Below are positions 8,737 through 17,910 of a stretch of 64,000 nt of DNA, in pieces. The position numbers were made by a program, and so were the translations under genes. The stretch covers positions 14,582-78,581 of the forward strand of contig JANXSD010000149.1 in the NCBI GenBank assembly GCA_025352785.1. The letters run 5' to 3'. Within the stretch, counting starts at the first letter, position 1. Every line of letters begins with the position of its first letter. The stretch comes from Bacteroidota bacterium (GTDB lineage: Bacteria; Bacteroidota; Bacteroidia; AKYH767-A; OLB10). The notes below the pieces were generated by a model, which was given only the letters and a program-made list of their open reading frames with translations, did not search any database and was not told the origin of the DNA.

Positions 8737-10134
8737 TTAATTTATTGAAACACTTATACTACTTCCTGAAGTAATTTTGAAGGATTTCTCGATGGTATAT
8801 AATGTGGACAGTGAATTTCGTGGACGAAATATCACTCTATAATTTCCGGGTTGCAATACGATACTTTCTTTGATAGAATTTTCTTGCAATGAATAAACCC
8901 ATTTCAATTCATTATGATCTTCAATCAAAATACTGCCGAATCCTGGAGCATTCGTTTGAATTGTAACAATGCCAGGACTTGGAATTTGCACAGTAGTAGT
9001 TTTGCTTTGTGAAATATCAACATTGTCGACAAACATTCTAGGTAAAGTTAAAACTTCCAGATCGTAAGTTCCTGTAAGATATCTTTCACTTGTATTAAAA
9101 TCTTGAACGTTTAAGGTTGTTGACTCCTTGTGTTTTCTTAAAATCGCTTGTAATTTTTTATACTCGTTACTTCCTTCGATTTTTAAAAGTAAGTCACCTT
9201 GAGGGGTGTCGATGCCAATTATGTTATGTTTGCCAGGAGTAATTGAAATACTATCTTTGGTTACTGATGGTAATGTATGAACACAAATTTTATATTTTCC
9301 TAAAGGATCAATTTGCAAAGTATCAGGAACTCCTTTCGCATTCAACGTATGCATAAAATTATATCTGATGGCACCAGAAAATTGATCGTAAAAAGTCATG
9401 GGTAAATTCGTCTCTGTTGGTTTACCATAAGCGTCAAGCAAATTAATTTGAACAGTAGTATTATTTAATGCTTGTGTAATAACAACGTTTAATGCATTTC
9501 GAAAAGAGGTTTCATTCGCTGCATCAAAATAATTTCCAACACATTCAAAAGACTTTAAAAAATCTTTATTTAAGCCAAGTCCTATAACGAAAGGTTTCAA
9601 TATTACACCTTTTTTCTGTAGTAAAGCGGATGCAGCACAAGGGTCACCATTGCATTCTTCAATACCATCGGTAATTAGAATGATTATATTTCTTGCAGGG
9701 TCTTTTGGAAAATCACCGCTACATTTTTCTAAAGAAATAGCGATAGGTGTGGTACCACTAGGATTTATTTCTTCTAAGCGTTGTTTGATTCGAGCACCAT
9801 TTTGCTTTCCAAAAGGAACTTCTAATCGCGTATCATCACAATCTTGTGGAGGAAAATGTTTCGTGTGTCCGTAAACACGCAAGGCTAATTCAAGATTATC
9901 AACGGGCTGCAAACTATCAACCATCTCACTTAATAATTTCTTTGCAATCTCATATTTGGTATTTGTTTCCCAACGTGCATACATACTTTGAGAGGCATCA
10001 AAAAGAAATAAAATTCGCGTTAACTGTTGCTTTTCTTTTTTTTGTTGCGCACTGATTGTTCCGCTAAGCAGTGTAAAAATTACAACTGCAAAACATATTT
10101 TATTGAAAAATAAATAGCTTGATTTTTTTAGCAT
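8737..10134 (-). CDS. Secreted VWA-domain protein
   Basis: Signal peptide; MIDAS DASQS...GTTP...LITDG; beta-rich C-terminal domains. Confidence 0.88.
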   Translation of the reverse strand: MLKKSSYLFFNKICFAVVIFTLLSGTISAQQKKEKQQLTRILFLFDASQSMYARWETNTKYEIAKKLLSEMVDSLQPVDNLELALRVYGHTKHFPPQDCDDTRLEVPFGKQNGARIKQRLEEINPSGTTPIAISLEKCSGDFPKDPARNIIILITDGIEECNGDPCAASALLQKKGVILKPFVIGLGLNKDFLKSFECVGNYFDAANETSFRNALNVVITQALNNTTVQINLLDAYGKPTETNLPMTFYDQFSGAIRYNFMHTLNAKGVPDTLQIDPLGKYKICVHTLPSVTKDSISITPGKHNIIGIDTPQGDLLLKIEGSNEYKKLQAILRKHKESTTLNVQDFNTSERYLTGTYDLEVLTLPRMFVDNVDISQSKTTTVQIPSPGIVTIQTNAPGFGSILIEDHNELKWVYSLQENSIKESIVLQPGNYRVIFRPRNSLSTLYTIEKSFKITSGSSISVSIN

Positions 10135-10137
10135 CGT

Positions 10138-10983
10138 TTAATAATCACCCAAAGTTTCTTCATTCTGCGAAAGAGCGTTTTGTAATTGTTCATCATTAGG
10201 AGGAATCCCATGCCATTTATGTGAATGCATCATAAAGTCAACGCCGTTCCCCATCTCTGTTTTCATTAATATAATAATTGGTTTTCCTTGTCCTGTTAAT
10301 GATTTTGCTTTCTTTAAAGTAGATTGTAGTAAAGTTATATCGTTTCCATTAGTATCTAATACCACCCAGCCAAATGCTTCCCACTTCGCTCTTAAATCGC
10401 CAATATTGAGTACATCTTTCGTAGCTCCATCAATTTGTTGTCCGTTAACATCAATAGTGGCAATGATATTATCCACTTTTTTTGCAGCAGCAAACATACA
10501 TGCCTCCCAAACTTGCCCCTCTTGCAACTCGCCATCACCCATTAAAACGTAAACAAGATTAGTATCATTGTTTAGTTTTTTAGCCAAAGAAGCTCCAATA
10601 GCTGCAGACAATCCTTGTCCGAGTGAACCAGAAGAAATTCTTACTCCCGGAAGACCCTCATGAGTGGTAGGATGACCTTGTAAACGAGTGTTTAATTTCC
10701 TGAAAGTGGCTAATTCGTTTACTGGGAAATATCCTGATCTCGCTAAGGTGCTATAGAAAACAGGAGAAATATGACCATTTGAGAGGAAAAAAATATCTTG
10801 ATCTTTACCATTCATATCCCAGGGTGAAGGGTGATGTTGCATGATATCGTTGTAAAGCACGGTGAAAAACTCAGTACATCCTAATGAACCACCTGGATGG
10901 CCACTTTGAACTGCATGAACCATGCGAACTATATCACGACGAACTTGTGTGGTAATACGTTGAAGAGTAATTAAATCTGACAT
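10138..10983 (-). CDS. Transketolase, N-terminal (TPP-binding) subunit
   Basis: SGHPGGS, LSNGH, LQGHP, GSLGQG and GDGELQEG motifs; ATG 10983 preferred. Confidence 0.95.
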   Translation of the reverse strand: MSDLITLQRITTQVRRDIVRMVHAVQSGHPGGSLGCTEFFTVLYNDIMQHHPSPWDMNGKDQDIFFLSNGHISPVFYSTLARSGYFPVNELATFRKLNTRLQGHPTTHEGLPGVRISSGSLGQGLSAAIGASLAKKLNNDTNLVYVLMGDGELQEGQVWEACMFAAAKKVDNIIATIDVNGQQIDGATKDVLNIGDLRAKWEAFGWVVLDTNGNDITLLQSTLKKAKSLTGQGKPIIILMKTEMGNGVDFMMHSHKWHGIPPNDEQLQNALSQNEETLGDY

Positions 10984-11004
10984 AAGAATTATTGATTGAC
11001 GATG

Positions 11005-11012
11005 CAAAGTTA
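11005..11012 (-). promoter_or_regulatory. Sigma-A -7 element for the transketolase operon
   Basis: TAACTTTG on the minus strand, 21 nt before ATG 10983. Confidence 0.6.
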
Positions 11013-11223
11013 AATTATTGCCTTAAGGATTAGATAAGTTATTAACAAGAACGCGATTATTGTGAATAAATTGAAAGGAAATTTATCTTTGGCAATGCGC
11101 TACAACTTTAATTCGTTTTCGTAGTTATTTTTTCGTAATCATTAGAACTATTTCTTGGATTTTACTGTTGTATTAGTTTCTATTGAAATCTTAGCCACTT
11201 TCACTTTCTCCGTCTTTATATTC

Positions 11224-11231
11224 TAAATTTG
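11224..11231 (+). promoter_or_regulatory. Sigma-A -7 element immediately before the mutS2-like gene
   Basis: TAAATTTG, then CAAC, then ATG 11236. Confidence 0.6.
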
Positions 11232-11235
11232 CAAC

Positions 11236-13374
11236 ATGAAAATCTTTCCAACACATTCATTATTGTTGGAGGAGTTTGAAAAAATCAAACTTCTTGCGGA
11301 AGAGGAATGTGCTGGTGTATTAGGACAACGATTGATTCATCAATTGCATCCATCAGATGATTTTAAAACTGCCTTAAAATCATTAGAAGAAACGAATGAA
11401 TTAAGGACCGTAATCATTACAGGAGATCCATTTCCAAATGATGGATATCCTGATGTCACTTCTGAGCTAAAATTACTTTTTATTCAGAACTCTGTTTTAT
11501 CGGTAACGCAGGTGATGCAAATTGCAAAAGTTGTTTCACTCATGCGATTGATTTTTGATTTCTTTAAAAGTCGCGAAGAAAAATATTCATTGCTTTTTAG
11601 TAGATTAATTGATATCAAATATGAAAAAAGCATTTTAGAGTCGATTGATAAAGTTATTGATGTTACTGGTGTTGTTCGAAATACTGCTTCACCAGATTTA
11701 GCAAGAATCCGAAAAAATTTATCTCGTAAAAGAGTAGAGGCTGACCAGATGTACCAATCCATCATTCAAAAATATCGGAAGAGTGGATGGCTCACAGATG
11801 CCGAAGAAAGCTGGCGGAATGGTCGTAGAGTAATATCGATTTTTGCTGAGCAGAAGCGTTCTGCAAAAGGAATTATACATGACTTATCTGCAACGGGAAA
11901 AACCTGTTATATTGAACCAGAAGAGGCAATAGGAATTAATAGTTTTATCACATCTCTAGAAGAAGACGAACGAGAAGAGATTCTTAGGATACTTCGTGAA
12001 CTCACTGAAAACTTACGAAAGTTTCATACTTTAATTTCAGCCTATTTAAATCATATTGCCAATTTTGATATGATTGCTGCTAAGGCTAGGCTTGCAATCA
12101 AACTAAATGCTCATCTGCCGTTTATAGAAAATAAACCAAATATTGATTTAATAAAGGCATGTCATCCTTTATTGTATTCCTATAATTTATTAGCTGGAAA
12201 AACAACGATTCCTTTCGATTTAAAGTTAGATGAGAAGGATCGAATTCTTGTTATATCAGGTCCAAATGCAGGCGGAAAAACAGTCTGTATGAAAACCGTA
12301 GGGCTATTGCAGATGTTATTGCAATCAGGATTTTTAGTGACAGCAGATTCGAATAGTCATTTCGGATTTTTTAAAAATATTTTAGTGGATATAGGTGATT
12401 CACAATCTTTAGAATTTGAATTGAGCACCTATAGTTCTCGTTTAAGACACATGAAAGTGTTTTTGCAACAAGCAGGTGCACAAACACTTTTTTTAATTGA
12501 TGAATTTGGTACAGGAACAGATCCAGCATTAGGTGGTGCACTAGCAGAAGCAATTCTTGAGGAATTGAATCATCGCAAATCCTTTGGATTAATTACTACA
12601 CATTACATGAATCTAAAAGTTCTTGCAGATAGAACTGACGGAATTATTAATGGTTCGATGGCCTTTGATGCACAGAAATTAGAACCACAATTTAGATTAG
12701 AAGTAGGAAAGCCAGGAAGTTCTTATACGTTTGTTGTTGCTGAAAGAAGTGGATTGCCATCTCATGTAATTAATAGAGCAAGAAAAAAAGTAACGAAGAA
12801 TAGTTTGTTGCTAGAAGAGACTTTAACACGACTGGAACGCGAGAAAGGTGAGTTGGTGAAATTGCTAGAGCAAAATAAAATTCAAGAGAAGCATCTTAAA
12901 GAGATGATTGGCAAATATGAAAAGAATGTCAATTTGCAAGAGCAACGATTCGAAACAGACAATGAACGAATGAGGCAAAAGGAATTGCGGTTGTCAACTC
13001 AGTTAGAAGAAAAATTTAAAAAATTTGTTAAGGAATGGCGCGATGCAAAAAATAAAAAACAAGTTTTAGATAAATACAATACACAGTTAATAGATCGTAA
13101 AGAAGCGTTAAATCAAAAAGAGAAAGTTAAGTCAGAGGAAATTGCAAAGTACAACTCTAAGTTGATAAAACGCGGTAGTAAAGTGCGTCTTAAGAATGGA
13201 AAAGTGACAGGAATTGTAGAAGCAGTCAATGATCAAAAGGTGACAATTGTTTTTGGTAATATTCGTACGGTTTCTGATATGTCGAATCTTTTTTATATTG
13301 AAGAAAAAAAACCTGAGATAAAGAATCCAGTTGTTGCTGATGATAAAACCATCAAAAAAAATATCGCCAATTAA
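11236..13374 (+). CDS. mutS2: MutS2-family ATPase with coiled coil and KOW-like domain but no Smr domain
   Basis: GIIHD.SATGKT.YIEP, Walker A SGPNAGGKT, IGDSQS...LSTYS, LIDEFGTGTDP, TTHY and GKPGSS; ends in a KOW-like RGSKVRL...GIVE segment. Confidence 0.88.
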   Translation: MKIFPTHSLLLEEFEKIKLLAEEECAGVLGQRLIHQLHPSDDFKTALKSLEETNELRTVIITGDPFPNDGYPDVTSELKLLFIQNSVLSVTQVMQIAKVVSLMRLIFDFFKSREEKYSLLFSRLIDIKYEKSILESIDKVIDVTGVVRNTASPDLARIRKNLSRKRVEADQMYQSIIQKYRKSGWLTDAEESWRNGRRVISIFAEQKRSAKGIIHDLSATGKTCYIEPEEAIGINSFITSLEEDEREEILRILRELTENLRKFHTLISAYLNHIANFDMIAAKARLAIKLNAHLPFIENKPNIDLIKACHPLLYSYNLLAGKTTIPFDLKLDEKDRILVISGPNAGGKTVCMKTVGLLQMLLQSGFLVTADSNSHFGFFKNILVDIGDSQSLEFELSTYSSRLRHMKVFLQQAGAQTLFLIDEFGTGTDPALGGALAEAILEELNHRKSFGLITTHYMNLKVLADRTDGIINGSMAFDAQKLEPQFRLEVGKPGSSYTFVVAERSGLPSHVINRARKKVTKNSLLLEETLTRLEREKGELVKLLEQNKIQEKHLKEMIGKYEKNVNLQEQRFETDNERMRQKELRLSTQLEEKFKKFVKEWRDAKNKKQVLDKYNTQLIDRKEALNQKEKVKSEEIAKYNSKLIKRGSKVRLKNGKVTGIVEAVNDQKVTIVFGNIRTVSDMSNLFYIEEKKPEIKNPVVADDKTIKKNIAN

Positions 13375-13392
13375 TTTTATTTTGAAGAAAGC

Positions 13393-14811
13393 CTACCTCG
13401 CATTTTTGCTGGATTTCAACATGTATTTTTGATTTAATCCGAAGCTGCCATTTAAGCGATACGCTCTACTTAAACTGTCGATTGCAGCTGCAGATTGTGG
13501 AAAATTGATCATATTCATTTTGAACAAACGTATGGCATCATCAACTTTTCGCTTTTTCAATAATTCATTTCCTAATTCAATATAATGATTTTCATTGGAT
13601 GGATAAACAGCTAATAATGTTTCTGGCTTGCGTGGTTCTCCATTTAATACCGCTAATTCAAAACGTAATTCTTCTGTTTTTTTAATGAAATAATCAAAGG
13701 GAATTACGCCATCAACTAGATCACGTTCATAATTAGCTAAACATTTTTTTACTAAATCTTGTGAAGTTTCATTATCATAAATTTTATGCTGATATAAACT
13801 ATATGCACGATCACCTTGAACTAAGAAAACAGTATCTCCATTCGCTCTAACAATTTCTTCAAAATTCATTATTGCAGCTAAGGCTATTTGAGAATAATTT
13901 TGTGATTCATTTTTAAATCCACCACATTCGGTATGCCATAAACGAACGATCAATTCTTGTCCACCAACAGATGGATTTAATTTATTTATCGCACAAGCTA
14001 AGTTCCCAGCACCTGCATGATATGCGTGCATGACTAGTAATCGAAACCATAAATCCGTTTCATTGTATGGAATATTATGCGCTTCTAATAATCCTTTAAC
14101 TTTTGGAATACAAATAGTTCCTATCAATTTCGAAGCACCATAAGCGGCACGTTTTAAATCTTGACGTTCATCGACATTTTTGGTTACTTTTAAACCATAT
14201 TTCATTGCAACACTTTTCATCAATTGAAATGGGCCATTCGCACCAGCTGAAGATTTCGCTGTTTGCTTTCCTGGACTTTCAATCAATAAGATTGTTTGAG
14301 CATACCATGGGTCAACACCAAATTCATTAAAATAACTTACTGCCTTGCTGATAGTTGGAATTGTTTTTCGATGCTCATAAAATTCACCTTTACCACTTGT
14401 TACATAAAGATCTTCATTGTTTTCAATATTGTAATTAGAACGCAAGTCATTTTTCTGAGTGAGTCGAGCATATTCGCCTTGATTTAACCACGATTTATAA
14501 TTGTAAGTTTGTAGTGGTGTCCTCGATTTTGCTATGTTGATAATACATGAATCGGGGCTGAGGCAAATAATTTGTTTCCAAAATCGTGGTTGTGCAAGGG
14601 TATCCCAAGCTTCACTATAAAGTTGATTTTCATTAACGAATTGCATTGTTGATGTTTCATTAAAGGACACCACCACCTTGCTTATTAATAAAGGCTCCGC
14701 CGACTTCACTACCAGCTTTTGTGCTTCTGCAGTTTGAACACGACCGCAACTCGATAGGAGCGCAACCACAAAAATAGATGCCCATAATCTTAACAAAGGG
14801 AATTTATACAT
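13393..14811 (-). CDS. Lipoprotein with lytic transglycosylase (SLT-like) domain and C-terminal TPR-like region
   Basis: Lipobox LLSSC; ILLIES, SSAGANGPFQLM and AYHAG motifs; C-terminal LGNELL...DAIRLFKMNMINFPQS...DSLSRAY TPR-like helices. Confidence 0.72.
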   Translation of the reverse strand: MYKFPLLRLWASIFVVALLSSCGRVQTAEAQKLVVKSAEPLLISKVVVSFNETSTMQFVNENQLYSEAWDTLAQPRFWKQIICLSPDSCIINIAKSRTPLQTYNYKSWLNQGEYARLTQKNDLRSNYNIENNEDLYVTSGKGEFYEHRKTIPTISKAVSYFNEFGVDPWYAQTILLIESPGKQTAKSSAGANGPFQLMKSVAMKYGLKVTKNVDERQDLKRAAYGASKLIGTICIPKVKGLLEAHNIPYNETDLWFRLLVMHAYHAGAGNLACAINKLNPSVGGQELIVRLWHTECGGFKNESQNYSQIALAAIMNFEEIVRANGDTVFLVQGDRAYSLYQHKIYDNETSQDLVKKCLANYERDLVDGVIPFDYFIKKTEELRFELAVLNGEPRKPETLLAVYPSNENHYIELGNELLKKRKVDDAIRLFKMNMINFPQSAAAIDSLSRAYRLNGSFGLNQKYMLKSSKNAR

Positions 14812-15077
14812 TATTTCATATCTTGGTTTGACTTCTTGTACGTGTAATATTAAACGAAGTTGTCTTTCGTTGATTGCACCAAAAGGAAGGAATTTTTGAG
14901 AATTTCAAAGATACCCAACTTATTCGGTCATATATCAAGACATTTGCGCTTTTTTACACGAAAAATTGTGTGAAGAAATTGGATATTATTTGTAATCCAC
15001 TTAATCTTAAGGATTATTGATTTGATTTCATTTGTGTAAATATTTTATTCTAGCATTAGGATTCGTAATTTTGCACA

Positions 15078-15545
15078 ATGGGATCCATACAATTTAAGGA
15101 AAAGATTGATATCACATCAAGCAAGGAATTGAAACTTTTTGTTCGTTCAATGGCTGCTTCCTACCAATTTATTTATCAGCAAGAAAAATTTGATCTTGTT
15201 CGAAGAGCAGATATGCTCGAACTAATTGATCGCGATGGAGTAGGGCAGATAGCATTGAATTTTGCTGCTGTTCAAGAAAATAGTAAGATGACTTTAACTC
15301 GTCTGGAGTTGTATCAATTTTATTTGATGATGGAATTAGTTTGTCGTAGCTTTTTAACTGAAATTGGTGATGAATACAAAGCAATTGCCATGCGATTAAA
15401 TAAAGTTTCGGAACGTAAGTACAACGAAGTACGTAGCATGGAATTAACTATTGCGCAAACTTTGATCAGCAAAATAAAAGGTGATTTTGCTTCTGATCCA
15501 GAGTTTGAGGAGATGCTTGAAAAACTTGAAATGTTGGATGAATAA
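15078..15545 (+). CDS. Hypothetical cytoplasmic protein
   Basis: 155-aa ORF preceded by TAATTTTG (15066-15073); no motif recognised. Confidence 0.7.
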   Translation: MGSIQFKEKIDITSSKELKLFVRSMAASYQFIYQQEKFDLVRRADMLELIDRDGVGQIALNFAAVQENSKMTLTRLELYQFYLMMELVCRSFLTEIGDEYKAIAMRLNKVSERKYNEVRSMELTIAQTLISKIKGDFASDPEFEEMLEKLEMLDE

Positions 15546-16088
15546 TTAATTTTTACATTTCGAAGCGAATTCTGCTAAGGAAGCAAATATATAATCCATC
15601 TCAACAGTTTTTGTACCATTATATTTTTCTTTCTCATCAATATAAACTGTAACCATTCCCAATGCACGACCAAATTGCATATCGGAAATTGAATTACCTA
15701 CCATCACTGATTTATTAAAATCTATTTCAGGGTAATCATATTTTGCATGATGCCCCATAGTTGGATTTGGCTTTCGATGTAAATGTAATCTATCTTCTTC
15801 TGGAGCAAAATATATTTTATCTATCCTTCCTTTATTTTCATGAATTACATCAAGCATTTGTTGATGTAATTCATGAAGCGATTCTTCTGTCATGATACCA
15901 GCTCCAACACCTCTTTGATTAGTGACAATAACAATATTTCCAAATAATGAATTGAGTATTGCTAATGCAGCTATAGTGCCTTCTTCAAATTGAAATTCAT
16001 CCCAGGTTTTAACGTAATCATTTCGTAATTCTTTATTGATCACACCATCTCTATCAAGAAATAAAGTCCAGCTTTTATCAACTATCAT
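15546..16088 (-). CDS. gmhB: D-glycero-D-manno-heptose 1,7-bisphosphate phosphatase (HAD IIIA)
   Basis: FLDRDGVIN, VTNQRG, RKP and MVGNSISD motifs; ATG 16088 overlaps the gmhA stop (ATGA). Confidence 0.85.
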   Translation of the reverse strand: MIVDKSWTLFLDRDGVINKELRNDYVKTWDEFQFEEGTIAALAILNSLFGNIVIVTNQRGVGAGIMTEESLHELHQQMLDVIHENKGRIDKIYFAPEEDRLHLHRKPNPTMGHHAKYDYPEIDFNKSVMVGNSISDMQFGRALGMVTVYIDEKEKYNGTKTVEMDYIFASLAEFASKCKN

Positions 16089-16663
16089 TTTGGGAAAATA
16101 GTTTCTTCGATCAACTGACAAATGATATGTCCAATTAAAATATGTGATTCTTGAATTCGTGGAGTGTCATTGCTGGGAACTTTTAACATGATATCGCAAA
16201 CATCATTCATTTTTCCTCCTGAAGATCCCGTCATGCCAATAGTAATCATACCTTGCTTTTTAGCTTCTTCAACAGCTAATATAATATTTTTAGAATTGCC
16301 GGATGTTGAAATGGCAAATAATACATCTCCTTTTCTTCCTGATCCTTTTATCATTCTACTGTAAACTACATCGTATGAATAATCATTTGCCACTGCAGTC
16401 ATATAAGATGAGTTTACATGCAAAGCCTCTGCATATAAAGGATCACGATCAGTATAAAAACGACCCGACAATTCCGCTGCGATATGTTGAGCGTCCGCTG
16501 CACTTCCTCCGTTTCCACAAAATAATACTTTGTTGCCACTCCCAAATGCATTCACTGAAACTTCCGCAGCTTTTCGAATAGCATTTAGTAACAATTCATC
16601 TTTTAGGATTAATTGTTTTGTATCAATGGATCCTTGAATGAGTTGACGAATATCTGTTGCCAT
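16085..16663 (-). CDS. gmhA: D-sedoheptulose 7-phosphate isomerase
   Basis: CGNGGSAADAQH, TAVANDY, ISTSGNS and TPRIQESH motifs; ATG 16663 (MATDIRQ) preferred. Confidence 0.95.
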   Translation of the reverse strand: MATDIRQLIQGSIDTKQLILKDELLLNAIRKAAEVSVNAFGSGNKVLFCGNGGSAADAQHIAAELSGRFYTDRDPLYAEALHVNSSYMTAVANDYSYDVVYSRMIKGSGRKGDVLFAISTSGNSKNIILAVEEAKKQGMITIGMTGSSGGKMNDVCDIMLKVPSNDTPRIQESHILIGHIICQLIEETIFPK

Positions 16664-16698
16664 GTGTATTTTATTTCTTGTTGTAAAGGTAATCTTAT

Positions 16699-17832
16699 CT
16701 AGTGTGATATTGCATTTGCGAAAGTATCCCAACTGTATTTTTTCTTTTCTTCTTTTATTCCGGCACTGAACTGTATTGATTTATTTTCATCATAAAATGC
16801 TAATATCGCATCCGCAATCGAAGTTGAATTTACGTCTACAACATATCCAACTTTTCCATTTGGAACCATCTCTGGCAAGCCCCCAACATTGGTAACTATC
16901 ATTGGAATTTCAAAGTGATAGGCTATTTGTGAAATACCAGATTGCGTGGCAGATCTATAGGGTTGAACAATTAAATCAGCAGCACTAAAATAGTATTTCA
17001 CTTCTTCATCGGCTATATAATCCGTTGCAAGAATTATTTTATCTTCTAAATTATTTTCATTTATCAGTTGATGATAACTACTCGAATCCTCATAAAACTC
17101 ACCTGCAATAATGAGTTTAATATTTCTTGCTTTGATTCTTTCATCAGCCAATGCCTTCAACAATATATCAAGTCCTTTATAGTTTCTGATAAAGCCAAAA
17201 AATAATAAATAATGAAATGAATTATCAATTTGAAGGTAATTGCACGCATCCTCTTTCTTTAGAAGATCACCATAGTGGTCATATATGGGATGCAAAATAT
17301 AGGTGCAGGGCTTATCAGTAAATGTTCTTAAATCCTTTATAACTTGCTGTGACATTGCAATAAAACGATCTACAGGTTTTATAAAATAGTTTGTAAACCA
17401 TTTATCGCCGATGCGATGCTCATGAGGAATAACATTATCTAAAACCCCAATAATCTTTGTTTGTTTATTACGTTTTACAATTCTCGCAATCGTTCCTAAG
17501 CAGGGACCCATAAATGGAAGCCAAAAGCGAATCATTAATACATCAGGCTGATTTTTTTTTATCTCTCTACCAATTTTTATCCAGTTAAAAGGATTAATAG
17601 AATTGACAACAACTTTTATGTTTAAATCATTAGGACTTGCAGAGTCGGCATATTGTGTTTTTCCAGGAAAAAGAAACGAAGGATATTGTAATGAAAAAGT
17701 ATAAATAGTAACTTGATGTCCTTGTTTTATTAATTCACGAGACAATCGTTCATTAAAGGCAGCTAATCCTCCTCGAAGTGGATGTGCTGGTCCAAGAATT
17801 ATTATACTTTTATTATCGTTAGCATTCATCAT
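16699..17832 (-). CDS. Glycosyltransferase family 4
   Basis: LFFGFIRNYKGLD, PYRSATQSG and VTNVGGLPE GT-B motifs. Confidence 0.92.
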   Translation of the reverse strand: MMNANDNKSIIILGPAHPLRGGLAAFNERLSRELIKQGHQVTIYTFSLQYPSFLFPGKTQYADSASPNDLNIKVVVNSINPFNWIKIGREIKKNQPDVLMIRFWLPFMGPCLGTIARIVKRNKQTKIIGVLDNVIPHEHRIGDKWFTNYFIKPVDRFIAMSQQVIKDLRTFTDKPCTYILHPIYDHYGDLLKKEDACNYLQIDNSFHYLLFFGFIRNYKGLDILLKALADERIKARNIKLIIAGEFYEDSSSYHQLINENNLEDKIILATDYIADEEVKYYFSAADLIVQPYRSATQSGISQIAYHFEIPMIVTNVGGLPEMVPNGKVGYVVDVNSTSIADAILAFYDENKSIQFSAGIKEEKKKYSWDTFANAISH

Positions 17833-17910
17833 TTACGAATATTTTAATTTAAGAAAGAATATCCATAAACGGTAGTAAATTGATTTATTAGTTTGTCAAT
17901 CTTTAAGAAA

